Source: Oopsacas minuta
Lineage: Eukaryota; Animalia; Porifera
NCBI GenBank assembly: GCA_024704765.1
Contig: JAKMXF010000122.1
Span: 186,001 to 250,000 of the forward strand
Length of the DNA: 64,000 bases
Direction: 5' to 3'
The notes under the pieces are model-generated. The model was not told where the DNA came from. It did no database searches and saw only the letters and a program-made list of their open reading frames with translations. The position numbers and the translations under genes are program-made. Below, piece after piece: positions 36,442 to 49,900 of the stretch; the first letter of the stretch is position 1; each line of letters begins with the position of its first letter.

Positions 36442-38154
36442 TACTGGCGCTTTCGTATGGTGAATCTCCTCACACTGTTAGGTACCTTAATTATACGCAG
36501 CTGCTTTGGTGCACTATAGATATTCTCGCCTGAACTTATGGATTGGATTTGAAACATCAAATATTCAAATACAGTGGTATAAATATACTGTTCGTGTGCT
36601 GTAATTTTTTAATATTGCCCACTGTCCACTATATATGAATACTTACTGTTGTAGATTCAGAAATACAATAAATTTATATTTAACTGTGATTATAGTATAC
36701 TACTAAAATATTTATACAATCCTTTACCCTTTCTAGAGGATATTGTGATAGGCTTTGTTTTTTTGTAATATACTCCATCAATTGCATTTAGTAGGCTCAA
36801 AATTCAATTAAATACTTGGTAATTTTTTCGTTTTCAAAAGATATGGTGTCTCATCATCACTATTTGTGTTTTAAATATTATTTCCTTTTTGTATTCTTTC
36901 ATTGGCGTCATAATTTTAATTTATGTCTCAAAATCAAAAAGTGGAGACATTTAAACCTTTTGAAAGTAAGGAGACAATCTCCAAAATAATTTTGCATACT
37001 TTGTACCTATATTCAGCCGCTATATTGCGTGATCTTCGATGAATCTCTTATTAATTATCCTTGAAAACATCACTTAAAGCCTGAAAGTGGTTATCACCTG
37101 CATTACGACTATCATAAGAAGTATTTTCAAATAATTTGGAGAAGAATCAAGGTCCTCCATTCGTCACATCCCATCAAGATTGTCATTGACAGCGCGTAAA
37201 TCAACACGAAAGAACACAAATACACATGTAAAAGGTGAAGGAGTGATTGCGAAATGAAGCCCAAAATATTTTGATTGGCCCAGACTAAGTCCATATATTT
37301 GAAAAATCTAGAATTTCTAAAATAGATGAATATAAGCAGAAAAGAAACAGCCAGGGACAGAATCTGTCCTTATATCACAGATTGCTATCATATAAATATC
37401 CACGATCCTTGATTTTTCCTGATCCCACTCGATTTCGATATCTAAAAGGTGCCAAAAGGTTGTAGATAACGCTGGTAAAAGGACCAACTATAGTTATCTG
37501 TACATTTATTAATTACTCAACTTAATTACTAGTACTTCATTATTACTGCCTTCAGAATTTCGCTTTTTGTAATTCTAGATAATTAGTGGACATACTGTAG
37601 TATTAACCAACCGAACTTGTCAATGTAAATGATGTTTATCTACTTTGGGTATGGCAGGCTTAGGAAAGATTATAAATAGGGTCGGGTGAATATATTACTT
37701 AAGAACTTACTACGTTTGCATTATCAAAAATATTATGGTTTGTTGCAGTATAAGTTCGAATTCATTGTAACTTGACACATGCAGTTGGATTTCTTGGTTT
37801 AAAATACAGCTTATCTGTCGTGTTAACCAATTTTGAGGCCCTGAAAGTTCTAATATTATTCGCCAGGTCCCTAATAATGTATTTTCTGATATGTACCTGT
37901 AGATTGAGTCTAAGGTTGATAGTCATATATGCATATAATTGAACATCTTTCACAGTGTTAGTTTACATATGTAATGATATGTTTTTCAAAGGATTAGTCC
38001 CACCCTAGTTCCCCAGAAGGTAGTTTAGTGTTTATCCGCAGTCAAAGATGTTCAAATAGTATGCAAAATATTCAGTGATTATTTTCATAATCATTTTGTT
38101 CTAGTCTATACACTGGTTAGGCAGATACCTCACCATCCCCAGCACATTCTATTC

Positions 38155-38591
38155 CAGAGCTGGAATCGAGTACACTTTTCAGAACCCGACCCGACCCGAA
38201 ACTTTACCCCTGATCTGATTCCGAACCCGGCCAAAACTCGGAGTGTAAATAAGTGTAGAAAGGAAAATTTATTCTTGCAACCAAATGGGTTAATAATATT
38301 TAGTCCGTAAATCATTGATTCTCAACCTTTTTTCTCCAGCGGGCCTTTTAGTTCATGTTATGGTATCGCGGGGCCCCTGCCAATAATATAACAGAAATGT
38401 TTTGCCGTACACTCCAGGTTGAGAACACTTGCCGTAAATATCCTTTTAAGGGCATTTCATTAAAGTTCCATATGATGTTTCTAATGTAAGTATAATCTTT
38501 CAAAAAATGGAATTAAATCGTTGAATTTCAAAAATTGCCCGCACAAAGTTCGAACTGGTCAACTTCGAACCCGAACCCGATTTCAACTCTC
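38155..38591. mobile_element. Possible old hAT-type MITE with ACCCGA subterminal repeats
   Basis: Imperfect TIRs CAGAGCTGGAATCG / CGATTTCAACTCTC (11 of 14). ACCCGA/AACCCG repeats at both ends. No clean TSD. Confidence 0.4.
38313..38431. mobile_element. 119-bp hAT MITE of the CAGTGGTTCTCAACC family
   Basis: Ends CATTGATTCTCAACCT / AGGTTGAGAACACTTG. Perfect 8-bp TSD CCGTAAAT (38305-38312 / 38432-38439). Confidence 0.8.
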
Positions 38592-39693
38592 TTTTCTCCA
38601 CTTTAATAATATTTATGGACCTGATGAATGAATAGACAACCTTTTGGTCCCTCTACTTTGCTTAACACAGTATTATAGGAAGGTAGCGAATAATAGTCCA
38701 ATAATTTAATGAATGTTAAGATAATGGATTGTATAAATCGTCTGAAAAGGTAATAAGAGACATCTTTCTTGCGATATGCAGATAGACTGTATTCGATACT
38801 AATACCTCATGTGTCAAGTTACAATGAATACGGATTTACACTAGTGATGGGGCCCGGGTAATATAATATTATTTAAGGAATAGTATAATGTTCATTGTAT
38901 ATTGAATACAAATGAAGTAATTCAATTAATCCTGTAAAATATTTAGTGGAATCCTTAAAAGTAACCGAGCAACAATAACATTGTATAATATATAGTATAT
39001 GAATGCTAAATTGATGTTAGTCCTGATCAATTTGAAAGAAAAATGGCAACAACTAAATCAAAATCATTAGCTTGGAAGCATTTTGGGAAATTTGGCGAAG
39101 AAGCAAAATGTTCCCTATGTATTTCAGTAATATTCTCAGCTGTAGTGGTGGAAGTACAAGTGCTCTTAGAAAACTTTTATTTTCCGTACACAACATCAAG
39201 TTCGATGATGTTCAAGAGGCTAAGGGGGACACTTTTTCAAGTAAGAGGATCAAACTGGATGATAAGCAAGTTTCTCTTCTGATTACACTAATCAGCAATC
39301 TCTAGGTGAAATATTATCCCGATTAGCTGCGGAAGATTGATTTAATTATCTAAGCATTTCTCAGAGTAAGTTTATCAGGTTATCCTTATCAGCAGAGGGT
39401 TTTATACCACCAAGGAGCCATTCTACTATATCAATCAGAGTTAGAGAATATAGTTTACAAGTGAAATATTCTATTTAGCAAGAATTGGCTGAAATGCTCG
39501 AGAATAATGCTCGATTTTGTATAACTCTGGATAATACACTTCAAATTGGAACAGACGGTACATGAATGTCAATCTCCATCTAAAGCTCCAAGTTTGGATC
39601 CTTGGACTTGCTAGAATATTTAACACCATGCCGGCCGAAAGTGCAAAGGGAATTCTTGAATCTAAACTTGAGGAATTCGATATTCATCTAAAT

Positions 39694-42102
39694 CAGTGGT
39701 TCTCAACCTTTTCTGGCCTTCCCCCCCCATGAAGTTTACTCTCCCTTTTGGCCCCCCTTCTCTCCCCAAATAATTTGAAATTAGTTTTTTTAATTCAAAT
39801 TAACTGTAATTAATGCGAACCTTGTGATTGCTTATTAGATGCTAATATTTCAATATCTGGACTATAACTTGATGCTGATATCCTTAAATCTTCACTGAAG
39901 TTAAGTCGCCTGCGGTGTTTTGATCTAAAAAAATTTGCTGAAGAAAACGTTTTCTCACAAAATATGTTGTTGGAAATGGAAGCAAAAGCAATCTTTCAAC
40001 TGTTTTGAAATGATTTGGTGCTATCCCCTTCACTAAAAACCAGAATTTCGTTTTGTTTGCACAAGAATATTTAGCTTTTGCCTCCTCTTTTGCCTGTAAA
40101 TATAACAACTCGTCTACTAGGATGTCGTCTAAGTCCATCATATCTTCCAGTGACATATCCATCGGGGTTAGCAGGTATTTAGGGATTGATGGAACGTCCG
40201 AAAAGCGATTTGAAAAATCTGTAACTAGATTTATCAAATGTTCTTCGACAAGGGGAGTAAATTTAACTTCAAGATGTGGCGAAAGGGAAAGAATTGCTTC
40301 TAAACGTGGGAACATGTTCCATTGGTTGCTCAGTATACGTAAACAAAGAATTCCAACTTATTTTGAAACGTAGTCACATTTTCTGTAGCCGCTTGAAGGA
40401 ATATCCCATCTCCCTGCAACCTAAGATTACTCAGGTTATGGTAAGAGAAGATTTCAGTAAGATAGCTAATTTCAGTTTGAAGTAGATCGATGAAAACTCT
40501 TCTGTCTCGAAGAAATGTTTCTGATCTAGAAATTCATATAACTGATCATAAATAGAATATACTCGTTCAAGAGATATTCCTCTACTAAGCCAGCGAACTT
40601 CTGTGTGGAAAAGGAGGACGTCGTGTCCTGCTTCCGAATCTTCACATAGTTTTCTTAGTATACGTTCGTTCATAGGACTTGATTCGACAAAGTTCACAAC
40701 TTTGATGACAAGGTTAAGTGTTTCATGAAGTTCAGACTGGAGATTTTTAGCAGCTAACGCCTGTTTATGAAGCATACAATGGATAAAACTGCACTGCGGT
40801 ACTTCCCTTTTAAAACAGCCCCAGAATCCAATATCTCTACCAGTCATATTTCGAGCTCCATCTGTACTAACACTAACAACTTGGCTTAAACTAATCTGAT
40901 GTGAGTCAAAATAGGATCTAACCATCTTGAAGATATCTTGTCCAGTGCAACGACATTCAAAATAATCAACGAAAAGCAATTCTTCCTTTATGCAATCGTT
41001 ATCGATGAAACGCATACAGACAATAAGAGTAGATTCTGCTGCAAATGTTGACTCATCTAATTGAATGCTGATAGGAATATCCTTTATAAGCCGGACCAAT
41101 TTATCTTCTAAATTCTGTGAAATTTCACTAATCCTCCTTTTTACTGTATCATTAGATAACGGGATTTTGTCTAGTTTCTCAGCTACCGCACTTCCCAGAA
41201 CATGCTTGGCACAAGCCAACAGTGAAGGTTTGATTAGAGTTTCTGCATCTGTGTGAGGTTTGTTAAGCTTTGTGATTAGAAAAGATACTTCATAGGATGC
41301 CAAAGTACAACATTTCAAATCGGTAGACTGAGTGAAGAGAGAAAAAGATTTTGTTGATTCAAATAGACTTTCTTTTTCTGCGAAAAGTATTCTATTGGCT
41401 GCCCCACCTCTGTGGGATGTTTTGAAAATTGATGCGTTTTTAAATAATGAGGCCTCATAGAATTATTCGCCAAGCATACATGGCAGGTCAAACAAAGAGG
41501 TTTTAATTCGTCTGGACTAGAAATGAATCCAAACTGCAGGTAAGAGGGATCATAATGTCGAATTCTGCTTTTTGCATTTGGTTCGGACATAATCTTCTGC
41601 TTGTATAATAAAGTCTTGCAATGATAGGATTGAAAATGAATTAATGTAGATACAGTTCTATGTCATATTTATGTAGATTGTAAAATGAAATTGTATCGAT
41701 CAATAAGATGCCATATTATTCATATTATTGGAATCACACATCGATAACGTATTCACAATCGAATGCATAGTATTTATTGTCATACAAAAGCAATTTATAT
41801 TTGTCAGATGCATGCCATCTTTTCGAACTCTTACAAAGTATTAACAATAATTATATCTGAGTACTAACTTTATTGACGTAATATGCAAATGGTTTTAAAA
41901 GAGCGAGAAATTAAATACAAACATATAAAATAAGTAGCGGTAGCGAAGAGCCTCCTCTGACTAGATTATTGACGCACACCCCAAGCATAGATTGTTCTCT
42001 CCGGATATGTATCCCCCTCTATCCCCCCTCTTGCGTTCATCCCCCCTCTTCGGTATCGCTATCCCCCCCAATGGGGGATATCCCCCTGGTTGAGAACCAC
42101 TG
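39694..42102 (-). mobile_element. Buster/Charlie-type hAT transposon nested in the Ac-type hAT
   Basis: Perfect 15-bp TIR CAGTGGTTCTCAACC. Perfect 8-bp TSD ATCTAAAT (39686-39693 / 42103-42110). Confidence 0.95.
39884..41590 (-). pseudogene. ZBED5/ZBED8/SCAND3-like (Buster) transposase pseudogene
   Basis: RHYDPSYLQFGF...PLCLTC, PLSNDTVKRRI, IQLDEST, STDGARNM, IHCMLHKQAL, FHTEVRWLSRG and LLPFPTTY. Frameshifts near 41317 and 40430. Confidence 0.9.
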
Positions 42103-42590
42103 ATCTAAATGAACATGTTGTAGCAGTGGTAACTGATGGTGCCTCAGTTATGACCAAAATGGGAAAACTTTGTAAAACAATTCACCAAATATGCTTTGCT
42201 CATGCCATCCATCTTGCAGTTGGTGATGTCCTCTATGATCCCAAAACTAACGATAGCGTTGAAATAATCGGAAATTCACTGGCTGAATTGAATGAAGAAC
42301 TTCACGATCACATGCTTCGTGATGTTGATGAAATTTGTGACCCATATGATATAGATATCATATTACCGATTCTAAAGCATCATTTGAACCTCGTAATAAA
42401 TAAGTTCAGAATAATTGCAAGGTTGTTTAGAAAATCTCCAACAAAAAATGATATTCTCCAGGGTTATGTTAAGGAAATTCGAAACGGAAAGGAATTGAAA
42501 TTAATCCTTGATTGCAAAACTAGATGGAGCAGTTTAGTCACTATGATTGAGCGGTTTTTGGGACTGAAAAAAAAATTAAGTAAAGCACTA

Positions 42591-44581
42591 TAGTAGAAGC
42601 TCGCAAACAGGGGCACCTTGGCGTTTCTGAAAAGTGCACCGGTTTGGGAGAGTGCCCCGGTTTGCGAGCTTCACAATATTTTCCAACTGAATTTGGATTA
42701 TGCTACAGTCTAGACTTCTTTTCACTTAAATAGACATGATTACATTGTTTAATAAATTATTCCAACCAATATCTGTATTGCTAGTCAATAAATGGTAATA
42801 TAATCGAATATTCGAACCCAATATTGGGCTTACTTATGATCACTGGCGAAGTAGTCACTAATTTGGGACTGTTTTTGTTCTTGGGTGTGTCTTGCAGCTA
42901 CTACCATCAAGTAGTTTTCAAACTTAAAATTCCCTCAAGAACTTCCTCATCACCACAACCCAAGGCATACATCTGAAGCACTCGAATAGCTTCTAGTGCG
43001 GATTTTAAAGTCGGGATAGGAAAAGCTTTAGATAGATCACCCTCAGAATCGCATTCAATTCCACAATCTTTGTCATGGACGTTTAGCCTTTGGGTGACAT
43101 TAATTAACGCTTCCTCAATGAGCTCTTCAGGACTGATTACAGGGGGAAAAATCCCATATTCGTCATTTTCTTCTATCTGAATTTGAATCTCCTTTGGATT
43201 TATGATCATGGGTAGCTCGGGGACAACAGTTGCAACTCCAAACCCGCACTTCGAAAAGCATTATGAGATCGTTCGGGCATTCACTTGATTCCAGGCTCGA
43301 GATGCCCAAACTATAACAAGGGCAATTGTAATCATTTTATAAGGGTCACCGTTAGGTTTATTAATTTTGTCAGTATTCACCATATGTGTCAATAGATTCT
43401 CATGCACCTGTTTACTATATAGCAATTTGAGAGACTGGATAATACCGGCATTTAATGGTTGGGTACAACTCGTGATGTTGCAAGGGGAATATGCAAGCTG
43501 TACTGCCTTTAAACTAAGCCCATCATAGGCTTTGTGGACACTTGCATTGTCCATGAACATTAGGATTTTCCTACCTGATTTGTACATTCTGTTGTCGAAG
43601 TCCTTCATCCAAGAGCAAAATATAAGACCAGTCATCCATGCCTTCCTCTGAGCCTTGTACACAACAGGTAATTTGGACATGTCTGCACCTTTCAAAGCCC
43701 TTGGTTTCTTGCTCTTCCATATCAGGAGTAGTTTCTCTTTTCACCAAGCATAGATGTACAGACCATGAGAGTGAGGCGAGATTTGTCCTGTTAATACCAT
43801 GAGCGGTATCTTTAGGAAGAACAAGGGACTTGGTGGTTGTTGTCCTGAAATATAACCCAGTTTCATCTCGGTTATAGATATCTTCCGGCTTATAAGACCC
43901 AATGATCCTAGGCAAGTCCTCTTCCCAATTCTTAAAAACCACCTTTTTAACACCTGCTGCATCACCTCTAAGTGCTCTTCCACAGAGCCCATAACGCGCC
44001 TTCACTCTCGAAAGCCATCCCTTTGAAGCCTTAAATCCCTCCACTCCATTTGCACCAGCTTCCCTCTCAGCTAGGGTACGAAGCATAGGGCCAGTTACGG
44101 CCATTCCTCGATCTCGCGCTAATTTCAGGAATTCAATAACAGCAGTCTCGATATCTTCGTACATGGGAACAACAACAGAGTGCTTTCGTTTCCTGATGTT
44201 CTCAGTGATTTCACTTGTTTCGTCTATTTGCAACTGAATTGCCACGCGATTGGATTTGATACTGTTAATTGCTCCTTTACCCACATTGAAGAATTCAGCT
44301 ACTATACGCTCACTCTTGCCATCATCCAACATCCTAAGAGCATTTTGTCGTGTTCGATGGTTGGGGCAGACTTGTGTGAAGTTTGATAGTAGACATGTAG
44401 TTTTTATAGTAAAAAGGCAAACTAAGCAATTAATATAATTTGGTTGTTCTCTGTTCAACGGTTTGTTGTCCAGAATTTATTGGCTACAATTTATACAGCT
44501 TAGTGCATCCTAAGGGTAGGATACAATGAAGACCAAGGGCACGGATACAATGGTGGTGCCCCGGTTTGCGAGCTTCTACTG
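42591..44581 (-). mobile_element. pogo/Tigger transposon nested in the Ac-type hAT
   Basis: 27-bp TIRs (T/C)AGTAGAAGCTCGCAAAC(A/C)GGGGCACC with 2 mismatches. TA at 42589-42590 and TG (probably a mutated TA) at 44582-44583. Confidence 0.92.
42907..44396 (-). pseudogene. Tigger/CENP-B-like transposase pseudogene
   Basis: CENP-B HTH (GPMLRTLA...FKASKGWLSRVKARYG), YNRDETGLYF, MFMDNASVH and QPLN (third D replaced by N, 32-residue spacing). Frameshifted. Confidence 0.9.
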
Positions 44582-46588
44582 TGATTGATGTTTCATGTGG
44601 TATTACCATCTATGAACATGACTGGGAAATGCGTGATGATATCCACAAATGTCCAAAGCCTGTAGAAATCGCAGTTGCTTCATTATGTAGCCGAGATTCT
44701 AATCTATTAACGGCAGAAGGAATATTTAATTTCATGTATTCACGAATTGACAATATTGGGTCACAACTGGCACTTGATGTATTTCAAACCCTAAAGGAAC
44801 GTATAGATGACAGAAGAGTGATTGAAATAGCTGCTTTAATAAAATATCTCCTTAATCCAGCATCTATCGATAATTCTATAAAGAAATCCGACCTGTTAAA
44901 GACTGCTAAAGGTATACTCAAACGTCTATACCCAATTCAAGCAGAGACTAATAATATTATTGAGGATAACACAACACAAATTAATAACACCACTGAATTA
45001 TCAAATTTGAGTATTGTTCCTTCCAAAAGTATAATGCTCGATGAACTAAGGGAATCTATTCGCAAATCCACAACTCATCTTCAAACAAAGTTCTTGAAGA
45101 CGACTTTCATTTTCTGGCTAAAGAATTCAGCCTTTTTCAGGCCACTGGTAGTAAATCATCTAATTTACAGTTGCTGGAGCAATCCCTATATACTATCTCT
45201 CCAGCCAGTGTAGAAGCAAAAAGAACATTTTTCCGCAGCAGGCCTTTTCAACACGAAGTTAAGATCTAGTTTAAGTGACTCCTCCTTGGATGCATTAGTA
45301 TTTCTGAAATGCCATTTCAAGAATACTACAAAATAGTAGACTGACAGAATATTATTACTAGTTGATGACAAGATAATACGATAGGTATTTAGTTATCCAT
45401 TGTGTTAAATCATATTGCTATTTAGTATGATTGACTAACATATATCGTAGTATAATGGGTAGACTTATTGCGCTTTTTTGGTAAGAAAATAAACATATAA
45501 TCCCATTGTAATTCAAATACCCGGGTATTCTGTGCCCAAGGATTCCATAATCGGGTCTTAGATAATAAGGATTCGTCGACAGCCCTAATTTACACCAGTG
45601 AATTCGTGAATTATCCAAAATGTTGTGCATTCTGAATACACTAGATAATTCGCGAATACACCCAATTTCGTACTTGACTGCAAAGCTATTCCATAGAATC
45701 CAGATATGCCATGAAAATACCCAGGAAATTGATGTGGTTGAATAAACATCTCGAGTCTATTTTCGAAATTTAATACACTGTGAGTTGGAATAAGCGCCAG
45801 GAAGATGGAAGAAATTCTAGAAATCAATTGCTTTGGAGCCCTTTAATTCGAATAGTAATTCTCAAATTTATGTTATAATTCTATAGATAGCTCACTTGTT
45901 GCAAACACGATACGTTAATTTAGTGCTTGAATCCCACCATCGATACGCTCGCGTTTGAAACCAATTTTACCAATTTTTTAACTCTCAATAGTATTTGAAA
46001 TAATCTGCAAGATAATATATATATGGATATTTTTCAATCTGAAAAGTTCTGAAATATTATATTTTGTATTCAGTAGGTTCTTAACTAAAATTCGGGCTTT
46101 GGAAGGCCATAGCTGACTAGCAATTAGAACTCTCGATTTGTGTCCTAAATCGAGTGTTCCAAAAGTGGGTCAGGCGTTATTTACAGTTGGACTTCCTTCT
46201 ACTATACCGGCAAGTTTTCATGTTTTCACAATAATGTTAGTTCTTAGTGTGACGACAAGTAACTTTTGAGCGAACAAGAGGATCTGTAACTTCTGCTTAC
46301 TCATAGCCTGCTCTAATATAAGACCTGCCAACCCCTTGTGACTTTTGGACCAGCAATACAGTCGGAGATGGAGGTATTTTGTGTGTAGATTCAAAAATGT
46401 GTAAACAGTTCATTTTGCCCGAATACATGATTGCCTATTTGTAGAACTTTGTATTATTAACCATTAACTGCTAAAAATTCTGCAATGTGTGGAATATTTG
46501 TCTATTGAGCATTTATTCGTTAAACTATGCCTTTCTTTGATGCCTGTAGAATCGTTAATAATACGTCTTAAGTATCAAAATCTGTCAT

Positions 46589-46980
46589 GATACAGTTTCC
46601 TCGTTCTTGAGTTACTGGAGATATCATAGTTGGCATATTTTTATGAATATCGAATTAGAATTCGATAATTGTTAAATTTTTTCCAAATCAGTGTAGTCAA
46701 TATATAGAATGCACTAGACTTCCCTATCTTGTAATACATTTTGATGTTTTAACTATTAACGTAATCGTGAAGCCTATATTTTGTTATTTTTATCATGATG
46801 TAATAATATTCAGAGATATCACATCAAAGTATACTACAAGTGTATTGGAGTCGGATATTTACTACAAATAGGCTATTCTAATTGACCATCACTTTAAAAA
46901 TTATCGAATTTCATTGGATATTCATAAAAATCTGTCATCCGTAGTATCGCCAGTAACTTTAGAACGAGCAAACTTTATCT
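46589..46980. repeat. Degenerate foldback MITE with ~90-bp inverted arms
   Basis: 46589-46677 versus the reverse complement of 46893-46980 is roughly 75-80% identical by eye (CTCGTTCT..AGTTACTGG.GATA...TTTTTATGAATATC..AATTCGATAATT). Confidence 0.55.
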
Positions 46981-49900
46981 CGACAGTTTTTGTATAGATC
47001 ATTTCATATGTTCACTTTAACTTGAAAGATCCAATATTTACTTTTGCACAAAGCATCAAAGAATGGCATATTTTAACAAAAAAATACTTACTAGGCAGAT
47101 TTTTTTATTCTTTCCTTGGATTTTTAGCATTTGCATAATGGTTGATAATATATTGTTCTACAAACATGAAGTTCAATTATTCTGGTGAAAATGTACCGTT
47201 TCTGTAATATTGGATATACACGTTAAATGCATTAATTTCCGACCATATCCCTGGTCCAAAATTCACAAAAAGTGGGCAGGTCTTATGGTAGAGTAGGCTA
47301 TGGCATACTTAATGTGAGTAGGCTTCAAGATATGAGTTAGTTGTACTGGAATAAACTACAATGCATGTCGTATAATTCATGGTTATAAATATATTTCTCA
47401 GCTTCGCCAAGGAATCACACTAAAATGTATTCATGTTTATCGATGGCAGTTCTGAAATGATAGCACAGGGACCTAGGATGAAACTTAACCAGGTCCATCA
47501 GATATTTACTGATCATATTCATTATTTAATCATGCTATAGTCCCACCAAAGATTGTTTAAAAGACTTTTTCTATAAGCAGATGTAACGTGAAGACCTCGA
47601 TCTAATCTTGTTGATAGCCACCCTCAAAACGCGCAAAGATTTTGTGAATTCGAAGTCCTTTTTCAGGTTGTCCTATATATAAATTCCTGATTACGGAGAG
47701 TCAATTTTCATAGTTTTTGAAGTGCATTCTGCTTCAGAAAGTTTTTCTCGGACCTTAAGCTGGGAATTTATGGGTTTAAGCCTTTGGATAAAGTATTACC
47801 GGTAAATCTGAGTATTGAAGGAATTTCGAACTTCTTTCATGACTTGACTCTCAGAATTGGTGACCCTGGCAGAAAAATCAAAATTTTGAAGGTCAAACGG
47901 CGCCCCTAAACCAGAAAATTTGGCAAATACCTATATATTAGAGATGAATTATCAAAAAACCTTTGTGTGGAGGTATGGTCATATAGAAGAAACCGGAATA
48001 ATTGTTAGTGCTATTTACGGACCTGTTCGAAATATTTGGGTACCAATTGAAAGTCAAAATTCAACTTTTTAGTTTTTTGTGCTAATTACAACCTAAATGA
48101 TAGGCAACTTCAAAACATTTAATGGTTAACGAAGTGATTACTTACCGCCGTTTTGCCCCCAAATGTTAAAACCACTGCCAGAGTCCAAATTTCATTAATA
48201 AGTGATCTCTGAACCTAATGAACCTCTCGCTAGGCAGTTTAATTTATCTAATTTCCAATCCATAATATGTCTGTAGGACATTGGAAGGCCCCTCTAATGT
48301 CTCCAGACCAATTGTTGCATTGAATAAGACATTATTGACCCCCACATATTTATATGTATATATATGTATTTTAAATAGCCATAAAATGTCTATTTTCATT
48401 CTAGAATGAGAATGTTGAATTCGAAAACAAATTTCTACCTCTATTTTTTTCCAAGTGGTGAAAATGATTTTGTACGAAAAATATTATTTATGGGCACAAA
48501 TCTTTTGATAATTCAATGAATATAACTTTTCTTTGTGTCTTAATGTATTATATGTAACTTAACAATTTAGTAAACAGAAATTATGTTATAGCTAATTCCC
48601 ATCCTATGTCAGTTCACTTAAATTCATATAACTTATTTTAAATATAGGTAATATGTATTCATTATATTATATATCAAGTATCAATTTCAAAATGAATTGT
48701 AAATATGAAATTAAAAATCGGATCTCACTGTGTAACTACTCAAAGGTATGGAAGATTGTAGAATCAATAAATCATGGAACCAGGAAGCCAAGTGTTAGCT
48801 CACATCAGAGAAAACTCAAAATGTAATAAATGCATGAGTCTAGTTACGCCTAAAGTCAGTCCCCTTGTCAAGAAGTACCCAAAGTTCTTACTTTTCGACC
48901 CCTACACCCCTCCTAATCGTGCCATTTTATCACCAATAAATTTAAACTTGTATTGTTTGAAACCAATTATTTGTGATTTTTGAATAGATCCCGAAATTTA
49001 ATGGCCTTTTCCGCTCGAGCAATATATTTTGAATGATAGTCTCACCTGTAATTTATTAATGGGCCTTTGCACGTAACAATTATAAATTTACTCGAAATCA
49101 CGATTTTCATCCTTACTTGTTTTCACTCTTCATTTATGTAATAATCTAATAAAGAAGCTTAAATTTGTACATAGAATTCACACCTTTTACCACTTTTGGC
49201 CATCAAGCATAAATAACCAAACGCAAACGGCTTCACGACATCCCTAAACGTTGATCATTTCAGAAAAATATGGTCCATGGAATTCGTATCAAAACACGTG
49301 TTGTTTTTCCTATAATTCAAACGAGATATTATTAAATCGATTTCCAAGAGAATATAGAAAAAATGTGTATAACAAAATTTCAATAATAAATGCATTTTCT
49401 CTGGATCTAAGATGTTTTGATGTTCAGAAGTAGTATGAATTGGTAGAAAGTCAGTAATTTGTTACTCTTTGTAATTAAAGTTTATTTATAATTAATAGGG
49501 TTGACATATGTATTTCCAAAAGTATGATAGAATATTGGAGAAAATATTATGATTTGGATTATTCTCCATGCTATGTGAAATAGTATTTAGATAACCATTG
49601 TGTGATTGCGAGTGTTTCGATTTTCCGCAAGAAATCTATTTAGAGAATCTTCACATAGATTCCACTAACAGAAATTCTTTGATCCTTAATTCTATGGGGC
49701 CATATTTATCCAAATATGATGAACGGTTAGAGACACCGTGGATGAATGAAACCAATGTATCACGGAGCTTCATTTCGTATGTGACAACATTTTTGAATAT
49801 ATTCAAGTTGTGTTTGGACTATTCAAACAAAACACTCGTCAGATTTTCATAATATCTAGATTGTCAGATTTTGCGATATTGATGCCCTATTACCCTTACA

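Larger units (their letters stand above)
39043..45336 (+). pseudogene. Split hAT transposase pseudogene (segments ~39043-39693, 42103-42590, 44584-45336)
   Basis: BED finger (WKHF...AKCSLC...H), FCITLD, VVTDGASVM, ICFAHAIHL, LDCKTRWSS and SVEAKRTFS (catalytic E replaced by K). Segments rejoin in frame across both insertions: DIHLN|EHVV and KAL|IDVS. Confidence 0.85.
38842..45587 (+). mobile_element. Ac-type (BED finger) hAT transposon hosting two nested insertions
   Basis: Termini TAGTGATG / CAGCCCTA. Perfect 8-bp TSD ATTTACAC (38834-38841 / 45588-45595). About 2.3 kb once the nested elements are removed. Confidence 0.85.
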
